The notes under the pieces: generated by a model
What the model was told of the DNA's origin: nothing
What the model saw: only the letters and a program-made list of their open reading frames with translations
Database searches by the model: none
Part shown: piece after piece, positions 8,736-17,062 of the stretch
How the letters are laid out: each line of letters begins with the position of its first letter
How positions within the stretch are numbered: position 1 is the stretch's first letter
Translations under genes and position numbers: made by a program
DNA from: Candidatus Levyibacteriota bacterium
Lineage (GTDB): Bacteria; Patescibacteriota; Microgenomatia; Levybacterales; UBA12049
Assembly: GCA_030651475.1 (NCBI GenBank)
Contig: JAUSEW010000027.1
Span: 109,614 to 173,613 of the forward strand
DNA: 64,000 bases
Direction of reading: 5' to 3'

Positions 8736-9182
8736 ATGCTCATAGGACAATATGAAGGAAAACTTGGAGAAAAAAATAGACTCGCATTTCCAAAAAGGCT
8801 TAGGGAGCTTTTGGGGAATAAATTAATTATTACATTAGGTTATGAAAACTCGCTTATTATCGTCTCGGAAGAAGGCTGGCAGGCATTGCTTGAAGGAACA
8901 GAGGGTAAGCCTTTTATTCAAAGGAGCGCAAGAGAGACTCAGCGATTCTTGCTCGGAGGAGCCAGTTTCGTTGAACTTGACGGTAAAGGAAGGTTTATTA
9001 TACCTAACTATCTTAGAGAATTTGCAAAAATTGAAAGCGAGGTCGTATTCCTAGGTTTGTCCAGATACGTAGAGCTGTGGGGAAAAGAAAATTGGGGCGT
9101 ATACAAAAAGAACCTTGAAAAAAACATAGATAAAATTTCGGCAAAGCTTATTGAAAATAGCAAAAAAGGTGAAAATGGATAG
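8736..9182 (+). CDS. mraZ: Transcriptional regulator MraZ (start moved to ATG 8736)
   Basis: MLIGQY...L.EKNRL.FPK..R, ELDGKGR..IP..LR..A, VELW; first gene of the dcw cluster. Confidence 0.95.
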   Translation: MLIGQYEGKLGEKNRLAFPKRLRELLGNKLIITLGYENSLIIVSEEGWQALLEGTEGKPFIQRSARETQRFLLGGASFVELDGKGRFIIPNYLREFAKIESEVVFLGLSRYVELWGKENWGVYKKNLEKNIDKISAKLIENSKKGENG

Positions 9183-10074
9183 CTTTCATACGAGCGTACT
9201 TTTAAAAGAAATTATAAGCGGTTTAAATGTTCAAAAAAACAAGAACTATATTGACGCAACAATTGGAGGGGGAGGACATAGCTTTGAGATTTTGAGATTG
9301 GGTGGAATTGTTTTGGGAATTGACTGTGATAAAGACGCGATAGATTATGTAGGGGAAAATTGGAAATTAGAAAGCAAAAGATGCGGGATCCCGGAGAAAA
9401 ATTTGATTTTGGTAAAAGGAAACTTTAGGGATTTGGATAAAATTGCACATTTAAATAATTTTGACAAAATTTCGGGAATAATTTTTGACTTGGGGGTAAG
9501 CAGCCACCAGTTGGGAGCTGCACAAAGAGGTTTTAGTTTTCAAAAAGAGGGCCCATTGGATATGCGGATGGACCAAGATCTAAATCTTACAGCTAAAGAT
9601 TTTATTTACGCATTAACGAAAGGAGAATTATATGAATTATTTACTAAGCTGGGTGAAGAAAGCAATGCTAGGGAGTTTTCTAACCTTATTGTTATGGCCC
9701 GTGGAGTAAAACCGATTGAAACGACAAGAGATTTGGCGATGATCTTTGAAAAAATTCCCTCAAGAAGAGTTTGGGGAATTAACAGAGCAACGAAAATATT
9801 TCAGGCGTTGCGTATAGCTGTAAACGATGAGCTAAACGCTATCAGAGAAGCATTGCCCAAAGCAGTAAATATGCTTGAGGACGAGGGAAGAATTTTGGTA
9901 ATTTCGTTTCATTCGCTGGAAGATAGAATTGTAAAAAGAGCTTTTCTAGAATTTGAAGAAAAAAATATGGGAAAAATAATTACAAAAAAACCTATAACTC
10001 CGACAAAAGAAGAATTAGGAATAAATAGAAGAAGCCGGAGTGCCAAACTTAGAATTTTCGAAAGGAATATATGA
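9175..10074 (+). CDS. rsmH: 16S rRNA m4C1402 methyltransferase RsmH (start moved to ATG 9175)
   Basis: H.SVLL.E, DATIGGGGHS, DLGVSS.QL, PLDMRMD, FQALRIAVNDEL, ISFHSLEDRIVK, RSRSAKLR. Confidence 0.97.
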   Translation: MDSFHTSVLLKEIISGLNVQKNKNYIDATIGGGGHSFEILRLGGIVLGIDCDKDAIDYVGENWKLESKRCGIPEKNLILVKGNFRDLDKIAHLNNFDKISGIIFDLGVSSHQLGAAQRGFSFQKEGPLDMRMDQDLNLTAKDFIYALTKGELYELFTKLGEESNAREFSNLIVMARGVKPIETTRDLAMIFEKIPSRRVWGINRATKIFQALRIAVNDELNAIREALPKAVNMLEDEGRILVISFHSLEDRIVKRAFLEFEEKNMGKIITKKPITPTKEELGINRRSRSAKLRIFERNI

Positions 10075-10355
10075 AAAGATTTAAATTACTTATAACATTT
10101 TTGGTTTTGGTAATAGTTTTCTTATCAATCGTTCAGGTTGTTGTATCCAACAGGCTGTCAACGACAGGTCCGCTTTTTAGCAAGATAGAAGAGGAAACGA
10201 ATTTCTATAAAAGAGAGAATTTACTTCTTTCGGAACGGCTTTTAACGTCGTCATCTCTTAATAATATAGCGTTAAAAGCAGAAGCTTTAGGCTTCATAGA
10301 AGGAAAAACCAAGTTTATCGTTACAGCATCATTGCCATTGGCTCTTAGACAATAA
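10071..10355 (+). CDS. ftsL: FtsL-like small bitopic cell division protein
   Basis: TM helix plus coiled coil, positioned between rsmH and the PBP gene. Confidence 0.6.
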   Translation: MKRFKLLITFLVLVIVFLSIVQVVVSNRLSTTGPLFSKIEEETNFYKRENLLLSERLLTSSSLNNIALKAEALGFIEGKTKFIVTASLPLALRQ

Positions 10356-12034
10356 TGACTTGGCGATACCGTTTTATTTTTGCAATTTTTCTTTTCTTCT
10401 TCGGTTTAATAATTATCAGGTTGTTTTACTGGCAAGTTGTCAAAGCTCAAGAATTATCTGTTCTTGCGGAATATCAGTACAGCGGTATAGTGAAAATGCT
10501 GCCTAATCGTGGAGAAATACAGACATCCGATGACTTTCCAATAGCTGCCAATAAAGTTTCCTATCTTGTGTTTGTAAATCCTAAAGCAATAAAGGATAAA
10601 AGGAATATTACAAACGAGATATCTCCAATAATTAACGTAGATAAAGCTTCCATAAGTGCGTTTCTATCTTTTGATAAAGTTTGGGTTTCTTTGAAATCGG
10701 GCATTGACGATAAAACAAAAAAAAGTATTGAGGCATTGAATTTTACCGGAATTGGATTTGAGCAGCAATCTTCCCGTTTTTATCCGGAAGCATCTTTAGC
10801 AGCTCACCTTCTTGGATTTGTTGGAAAAAACGAAGCAGGAGGAGATAAAGGATATTTTGGACTTGAAGGATATTATGACAGACTTTTAAGAGGTAAGGAA
10901 GGATATGCGGTTCAGATACAAGATGCTTTAGGAAGGCCGATTTTGTCCAGAATGTCAGGAAATTTAGTTAAGGTTGACGGAAGCAGCATCAAGCTTAGCA
11001 TAGATAGGTCAATACAGTTTCTGGCAGAGCAAAAATTAAAAGAAGGCATAGAGATGTATGGAGCAAGCGGGGGAATGGTAGGGATTATGGATCCAAAAAC
11101 AGGAGGAATGCTTGCCATGGCTTCTTTCCCATCGTTTACACCTCAAGATTATCAAAAGTATTCGGAGGATTTGTACAAAAACCCTTTTATTACAAATACC
11201 TATGAACCGGGATCTACTTTTAAGCCTATGGTTATGTCGGCAGCTTTAGAAGAGGGACTGGTTAAACCGGATACGAAGTGTCCAGCCTGCAATGGGCCGG
11301 TTTCGGTCGGAGGATATGATCTGCACACATGGAATGATAAGTATTATAAGGACACTAATATGATTGACGTAATAAAACACTCCGACAATACGGGAATGGT
11401 TTTCGTGGCGCAGAAACTTGGAGTAGATAAGATGATTGATTATCTTACGAAGTTTGGTATAGGAAGTCTGACAAATATTGACCTTCAGGGTGAGGTATCG
11501 CCGAGTCTTAAAGCAAGAAACGCTTGGTATGCGGTTGATCTTGCTACAACAGGGTTTGGGCAGGGTATATCGGTGACGCCTATAGGGCTTTTGGATGCTT
11601 TTTCAGCAATTGCCAACGGAGGTAAACGTGTGGAGCCTCACGTGGTATCTCAAGTTCAATCTCCTGATGGAAAAATATCTAAAATACTTCCAAAAACCGT
11701 AGATACCCCTATTTCGGGAAAAACTGCCAAAATTATGACGGAAATGTTAGTTAATGCAGTTAATAATGGGGAGGCTTCGTGGGCGCGTCTTAAGGGGTAT
11801 AGAATCGCCGGAAAAACAGGTACGGCTTCAATTCCTGTCAAAGGCCACTACGATCCTACGAAAACTATAACTTCATTTATTGGTTTCGCGCCGGCAAATG
11901 ATCCTAAATTTGTCATGTTGGTTATTTTGGATAAGCCGACAACATCCATTTACGGAGCGGAAACAGCAGCTCCGGTATTTTTCGATATCGCAAAAGACCT
12001 CTTACTCTATTACGGCGTTCCCCCCAGCGAATAG
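10355..12034 (+). CDS. ftsI: Class B penicillin-binding protein (FtsI/PBP3-like)
   Basis: RGEI, RFYP, GLEGYYD..L.G, YEPGSTFKP (SxxK), SDN (SxN), GKTGTA (KTG). Confidence 0.92.
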   Translation: MTWRYRFIFAIFLFFFGLIIIRLFYWQVVKAQELSVLAEYQYSGIVKMLPNRGEIQTSDDFPIAANKVSYLVFVNPKAIKDKRNITNEISPIINVDKASISAFLSFDKVWVSLKSGIDDKTKKSIEALNFTGIGFEQQSSRFYPEASLAAHLLGFVGKNEAGGDKGYFGLEGYYDRLLRGKEGYAVQIQDALGRPILSRMSGNLVKVDGSSIKLSIDRSIQFLAEQKLKEGIEMYGASGGMVGIMDPKTGGMLAMASFPSFTPQDYQKYSEDLYKNPFITNTYEPGSTFKPMVMSAALEEGLVKPDTKCPACNGPVSVGGYDLHTWNDKYYKDTNMIDVIKHSDNTGMVFVAQKLGVDKMIDYLTKFGIGSLTNIDLQGEVSPSLKARNAWYAVDLATTGFGQGISVTPIGLLDAFSAIANGGKRVEPHVVSQVQSPDGKISKILPKTVDTPISGKTAKIMTEMLVNAVNNGEASWARLKGYRIAGKTGTASIPVKGHYDPTKTITSFIGFAPANDPKFVMLVILDKPTTSIYGAETAAPVFFDIAKDLLLYYGVPPSE

Positions 12035-12058
12035 TTTATGGTACAATAAGTTTATAAA

Positions 12059-13063
12059 ATGGCAGAAGCTCAAAGTCCTGATGGCCAAGCAAGTAGAGAA
12101 CCAGTAGAGAAATCTCTAGCGCATGTTTCGGATGCAGATATTATTGGAGAATTATCAAGAAGACTTCATGCCAATCCTCAATTAGATCCTACTGTCTTAA
12201 AAAGTTTCGATGAAGTTACGGCAAAAATAAAGGAAGGATTAAAACCAGGAGAGCCTAAAGCAGATTTAAAACCCACTACGGAGCCAGGCAACGTAGAGGC
12301 TCAAGCTACATCCGAGTCGGAAGGAAAAAAATGGGCAAAAATTATACGAGAAAAAGGCGCAGGTGGCCTGTTGCAGGGAAAGTTCAAAAACAGCTGGGGT
12401 TATTATGATGAAAGTGGTATTTTTCATGGCATTGAGCCAATCGGGCAGAGCAGTTCGGAAACAGCAATAGGCTACACAAGCGCCGGGTAGTTTGGGAAGC
12501 CTGAAATTCCCATAGGAAGCGAGTCGATAATAACATATTCAAGAGCTACTTTCTATAACGATACTGCAGGATCCCCACCTCAAGATACCTCTTCAAATTT
12601 TTTGGTCGTTGGGGATACAGGAAACAGTATGGAAAACAGGAATCGTTTTAAGGGTTGGAAAACGTTTAGATATTTAACTTGGTACGACATTAGTCAAGCT
12701 GGAGGTCAAAATCCTCCCGATTTTAAATTTTTAGATTTTAATTTTACATTACCTCCAGAGGAATCTTCTCAATTTAGTGAGGCTATAAATAGGAGTCCTG
12801 ACTTAGTTGAAGATGCATTTCAGAATGTTTACCCTGGCCTTTTCGGAGAAAAAGGAATTAAGCGTCTTATCGTTAAGAAATTGACTATCACTGATAATAT
12901 AATTACCAAAAAAATTGAAGACCGCGAACGAAATGAGTTTTACAGAAAACAGGATCCGAAAGAAAATAGGCCAAAAGCCTACAATACAGTTCTAGAATCA
13001 GCTAGGACTCGGGAGGTAGATTTTTCGAAACCTGTTGGCGAGATTGTTCCGCAAACCCCATAG
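12059..13063 (+). pseudogene. Hypothetical gene interrupted by one in-frame TAG (12488-12490)
   Basis: ORFs 12059-12490 and 12602-13063 share a frame, and 12491-12601 is stop-free (FGKPEIPIGSESIITYSRATFYNDTAGSPPQDTSSNF). Confidence 0.75.
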
Positions 13064-13113
13064 CGCATGCTTAAGGATTGGAGAAGAAGAGGAAGAAGCT
13101 GTATAATAGGTGA

Positions 13114-14301
13114 ATGTGGCAAGATTTAAAAAATATTTATCATCTCCTCGTAGCTTTTTTGGCTAATATTTATTATGGTTTCCCTTCCAGAAAATTCATT
13201 GTAATTGGAGTAACCGGAACAGACGGGAAAACCACTACAACAAGTCTAATTTATCATATACTTCGTACTGCCGGAAAAAAAGCTTTGATGATAAGTTCCG
13301 TAGGCGCAATTATTGACGGTAAAGAATATGATGTTGGTTTTCATGTCACAACTCCATCTTCTTTTGCCTTGCAGAAATTTTTAAAACAAGCTGCGGACGC
13401 AGGACTAAAGTATTTGGTTCTTGAAACAACTTCGCATGCTTTGGACCAATACAGGGTTTTTGGAATACATTTCAATGTTGGCGTTTTAACCAACATTACC
13501 CATGAACATTTGGATTACCATAAAACGTATGACGAATACGTTAAAACAAAGGCAAAACTTTTAAATATGAGTAAAGTTGCAATTGTAAATAGAGACGATA
13601 AGTCATTCGTTTTGCTAAGTTCAAAGTTCAAAGTTAAAAGTTCAAAGTTAAAAACGTATGGAATGGGTAAGAATGCAGATGTAAATCCGTATAATTTCCC
13701 TTTTTCAACAACTCTTTTTGGAGAGTTTAATAAATATAATATTTTGGCTGCGGTTTCCGTATGTAAAGCTTTAGATATTGAAAACAGCAAGATTAGAAAT
13801 GGTATAAAAAGTTTTAAACCCCCTAAGGGCAGGGAAGATATAGTTTATAAAAATAGCTTTTCGGTGATGATAGATTTTGCCCATACGCCTAATGCCTTTG
13901 AAGTGGTTTTGAAGGATTTGCGTGCCAATATCAAAGGCAGAATTATTCATGTTTTTGGTTCTGCAGGATCAAGAGATGCAACAAAACGTCCTTTAATGGG
14001 AAAAATATCTTCAAAATATGCGGATATACTTATTTTAACAGCAGAAGATCCAAGGAGAGAGCCAGTTGAAAAAATTATAAATGAGATTGCGTCAGGAATT
14101 ACAGACGCAAAGGAGGTTCTAAGAATTTATGATAGAAAAAAAGCAATTTTTGAAGCCATTAAAATGGCGAAAAAGGGAGATTTTGTTTTAGTAACAGGTA
14201 AAAGCCATGAAAAATCCATGAATTACGGACATAGTGAACAGCCGTGGGACGAATACGAAACAGTAAAGAGCGCTTTGGAAAATATTAAACATGAAAATTA
14301 A
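13114..14301 (+). CDS. murE: Mur ligase, MurE family
   Basis: GVTGTDGKTTT, LETTSHAL.Q.R, TNITHEHLDYH, IDFAHTP, G.RDATKRP.MG, EDPR.E, GKSHE. Confidence 0.93.
   Translation: MWQDLKNIYHLLVAFLANIYYGFPSRKFIVIGVTGTDGKTTTTSLIYHILRTAGKKALMISSVGAIIDGKEYDVGFHVTTPSSFALQKFLKQAADAGLKYLVLETTSHALDQYRVFGIHFNVGVLTNITHEHLDYHKTYDEYVKTKAKLLNMSKVAIVNRDDKSFVLLSSKFKVKSSKLKTYGMGKNADVNPYNFPFSTTLFGEFNKYNILAAVSVCKALDIENSKIRNGIKSFKPPKGREDIVYKNSFSVMIDFAHTPNAFEVVLKDLRANIKGRIIHVFGSAGSRDATKRPLMGKISSKYADILILTAEDPRREPVEKIINEIASGITDAKEVLRIYDRKKAIFEAIKMAKKGDFVLVTGKSHEKSMNYGHSEQPWDEYETVKSALENIKHEN
13617..13653 (+). repeat. Heptamer tandem repeat T(C/A)AAAGT x~5 inside murE (SSKFKVKSSKLK)
   Basis: aagt-tcaaagt-tcaaagt-taaaagt-tcaaagt-taaaa read directly. 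Confidence 0.9.
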
Positions 14302-15709
14302 TTCAATTCATTTCGTCGGAATAAAAGGTGTCGGAATGACGCCTTTGGCAGTTATTGCAAAAGAGGCGGGTATGAAAGTTTCCGGTTCGGATATCGGAGA
14401 AACTTTTATTACGGATGAAATTTTAAAAAAGGCAAAAATTATTCCCCTTGTTGGTTTTTCTAAAAATCATATAGGAAATCCCGATCTCGTCATAACAACA
14501 GGCGCACATGGAGGATTCACTAACGTAGAGGTAATTGAAGCAAAGAAAAAAGAGATAAAAGTTATTACGCAGGGTGAAGCTGTAGGAATTTTCATGAAAG
14601 GTAAAATTTTCGGAAGAGAACAAATTGGCATTTCCGTGACAGGAACTCATGGTAAAACTACGACAACAGCTATAATTGCGACAATCCTTAAAGGATGCTA
14701 TCTTGATCCGTCATTCTTAATTGGTACCGGAAACGTCTTGTCGCTTGGTTCTTCCGGGCATTTCGGGCAAGGGAAATATTTCATTGCGGAAGCGGATGAG
14801 TATATGACAGAACCTGTTTTTGATAAAACCATAAAATTTTTATGGCAGTATCCCAAAATCGCAATTTTTACAAACATAGAATTTGATCATCCTGACGCAT
14901 ATAAATCTCTAGATGATGTAAAAAAGGCATTTCTTAAATTCGCCAATCAGTTATCAGAAGATGCAGTTTTAATTGCATGCCAAGATAACGAAAATGTTGC
15001 GGAAGTTTTGAAATCATATAGCGGCAGAAGAATTACTTATGGATTTTCCAAAGAAACTGATTTCGTAATTGAAAATGTTAAATCGAAAAATGGGAAATTA
15101 GAATTTGATTTAACAGGTAAAGGAAAAAGCTTAGGTAAATTTAAGCTTAATGTTTTTGGCAAGCATAACGCTCTAAATGCAACTGCTGCAATTATAGCAA
15201 GTCTCGAAGCAGGACTTCCAATAGGCGCAATAAAAAAAGCACTTTTGTTATTCGTTGGTACGAAAAGAAGATCGGAATATATTGGGAAACTTTCAACCGG
15301 AGCTATGGTTTTTGATGATTATGCCCATCACCCTACGGAAATTAGAAATACCTTATCCGCTTTCAGAAACTCGTTTCCACGCAATAAGATAGTTTGTATT
15401 TTCCAGCCGCATACTTATTCTAGAACAAAATCACTGTTCGAACAATTTATACACTCTTTTAACGATGCAGATATTGTCGTGTTAACCAATATCTATGCAT
15501 CGCTTAGAGAACAGCCTGATTCGACTGTTTCATCAGAGATGCTAGCAGAAAAGATGAGTAGATTTAAAAAAAATGTAATTTTTTTACCAAAACTTAGCGA
15601 TGTGGTAAAATATATATCTCAAAAGCAGTTTGGCAGAGATACTATAATTATCACAATGGGAGCGGGAGACGTGTATAGAATGAACGAAAGATTAAATATT
15701 AAAGATTGA
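14291..15709 (+). CDS. murC: UDP-N-acetylmuramate--L-alanine ligase
   Basis: HFVGIKGVGM, GTHGKTTTT, EADEY, NIEFDHPD, DDYAHHPTEI, FQPHTYSRT, MGAGDV. Confidence 0.96.
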   Translation: MKINSIHFVGIKGVGMTPLAVIAKEAGMKVSGSDIGETFITDEILKKAKIIPLVGFSKNHIGNPDLVITTGAHGGFTNVEVIEAKKKEIKVITQGEAVGIFMKGKIFGREQIGISVTGTHGKTTTTAIIATILKGCYLDPSFLIGTGNVLSLGSSGHFGQGKYFIAEADEYMTEPVFDKTIKFLWQYPKIAIFTNIEFDHPDAYKSLDDVKKAFLKFANQLSEDAVLIACQDNENVAEVLKSYSGRRITYGFSKETDFVIENVKSKNGKLEFDLTGKGKSLGKFKLNVFGKHNALNATAAIIASLEAGLPIGAIKKALLLFVGTKRRSEYIGKLSTGAMVFDDYAHHPTEIRNTLSAFRNSFPRNKIVCIFQPHTYSRTKSLFEQFIHSFNDADIVVLTNIYASLREQPDSTVSSEMLAEKMSRFKKNVIFLPKLSDVVKYISQKQFGRDTIIITMGAGDVYRMNERLNIKD

Positions 15710-15715
15710 AGATTA
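15688..15715 (+). repeat. Heptamer tandem repeat AAGATTA x4 at the murC/murA junction
   Basis: aagatta-aatatta-aagattg-aagatta. Confidence 0.75.
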
Positions 15716-15717
15716 TT

Positions 15718-17058
15718 ATGGAAAAGCTAATTGTGAATGGAGGAAAAGCATTGAAGGGAAATGTTGTAGTGTCGGGAGCAAAAAACGTTGCCCTCAAGAC
15801 TCTTGTCGCAGCTTGTCTTACGGAGGAGGAGGTAGTGATAAGGAATATTCCGCTAGTCTCCGATTTCATGGTAATGCTTGATATCATAAGGGAACTTGGT
15901 GGAGAAGTTAAGATAAAAGATCATGAGGTAAGAATAAGGGTAAGAAAATTAAAAAAAAACAAAATCACTCTTGATGAAGCCGCGAAGATTAGGACTTCGG
16001 CTATGTTTATGGCACCTCTTCTTGCTAGAAACGGACAAGCTGTTATACCAAACCCTGGAGGATGCAGAATTGGAGCACGCCCAATCGACAGAACCATTAA
16101 AGGCATAGAGGCGCTTGGTGTAATAGCAAAATACAATACAAAAGACGGATATTTTTATCTAAAAATAGATAAAGATAAAGAAAAAAAATGGAAAAAAGTA
16201 ATTCATAAATTTGATAAGAGTACTCATACCGGTACGGAGACAATGATTCTGGCCTCGGTTCTTTTTAATGGAGAGGTAACTCTCCTTAACGCGGCAGAAG
16301 AGCCGGAGATAGATGAACTTATCAGCCTTTTGGTGCAAATGGGTGCAAAGATTGTAAGAAGCGGGAAAAGAGAAATAACCATAGATGGTGTTTCCAAACT
16401 TAATGGTACAACTTTCGTGGTGGGTCCTGACCGAAACGAAGTCGTAACATTCGCTATTGCGGGAATATTAACAAAAGGAGATGTTTTTATTGAAAATGCC
16501 CATAAGGTTGATTTGGGGATATTCATAGATAGAATGGAAGAAATAGGAGCAGGTGTGGAGATGAAAAAAAACGGTATAAGATTCTATTACAAAGGGTCTT
16601 TTAAAAATAGCGATATGGAAACATCTTTTTACCCGGGATTTATGACAGACTGGCAGGGTCCTTGGGCAGTTCTTATGACTCAAGCTGAAGGAAAATCTAC
16701 AATTCACGAAACAGTATATGAAAGCAGATTCGGTTATGTGAAGGAACTTAAAAAAATGGGCGCCCAAATATCTTTTTTTGATCCTGTCATTAAAAATCCT
16801 GAAGAAATTTATAATTTTAATCTTTCCGACAATAACCCCGATTATTTTCATGCAATAAAGATTATTGGCCCCACCAAGCTTCATAATGCTGTTGTTGAAA
16901 TATCGGATTTAAGAGCAGGCGCAACTCTTGTCTTGGCGGCTTTATTAGCAGATGGGGAAAGCGTTGTTTTCGGCGTAGAACATTTAGACAGAGGATACGA
17001 AAAGTTTGAAGAAAGACTTAGCGGTTTAGGAGCGAATATAAAAAGACTAAAGGAATAA
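15718..17058 (+). CDS. murA: UDP-N-acetylglucosamine 1-carboxyvinyltransferase (start probably ATG 15718)
   Basis: SGAKN, PGGCRIGARP.D (catalytic Cys), AAEEPEI, PGFMTDWQ, ETVYESRF, DLRAGA, HLDRGYE. Confidence 0.97.
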   Translation: MEKLIVNGGKALKGNVVVSGAKNVALKTLVAACLTEEEVVIRNIPLVSDFMVMLDIIRELGGEVKIKDHEVRIRVRKLKKNKITLDEAAKIRTSAMFMAPLLARNGQAVIPNPGGCRIGARPIDRTIKGIEALGVIAKYNTKDGYFYLKIDKDKEKKWKKVIHKFDKSTHTGTETMILASVLFNGEVTLLNAAEEPEIDELISLLVQMGAKIVRSGKREITIDGVSKLNGTTFVVGPDRNEVVTFAIAGILTKGDVFIENAHKVDLGIFIDRMEEIGAGVEMKKNGIRFYYKGSFKNSDMETSFYPGFMTDWQGPWAVLMTQAEGKSTIHETVYESRFGYVKELKKMGAQISFFDPVIKNPEEIYNFNLSDNNPDYFHAIKIIGPTKLHNAVVEISDLRAGATLVLAALLADGESVVFGVEHLDRGYEKFEERLSGLGANIKRLKE

Positions 17059-17062
17059 ATAT

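Noticed and set aside
12488-12490. Genome-wide stop codon reassignment (TAG or TGA)
   Set aside because: TAG ends ftsI, glmU, ftsA and ftsZ at expected positions and TGA ends rsmH, mraY and ftsW. No conserved gene shows internal stops.
15951-15959. Homopolymer A/T runs as phase-variation switches
   Set aside because: Runs of 8-9 A/T are expected in AT-rich DNA, and the host genes are in frame.
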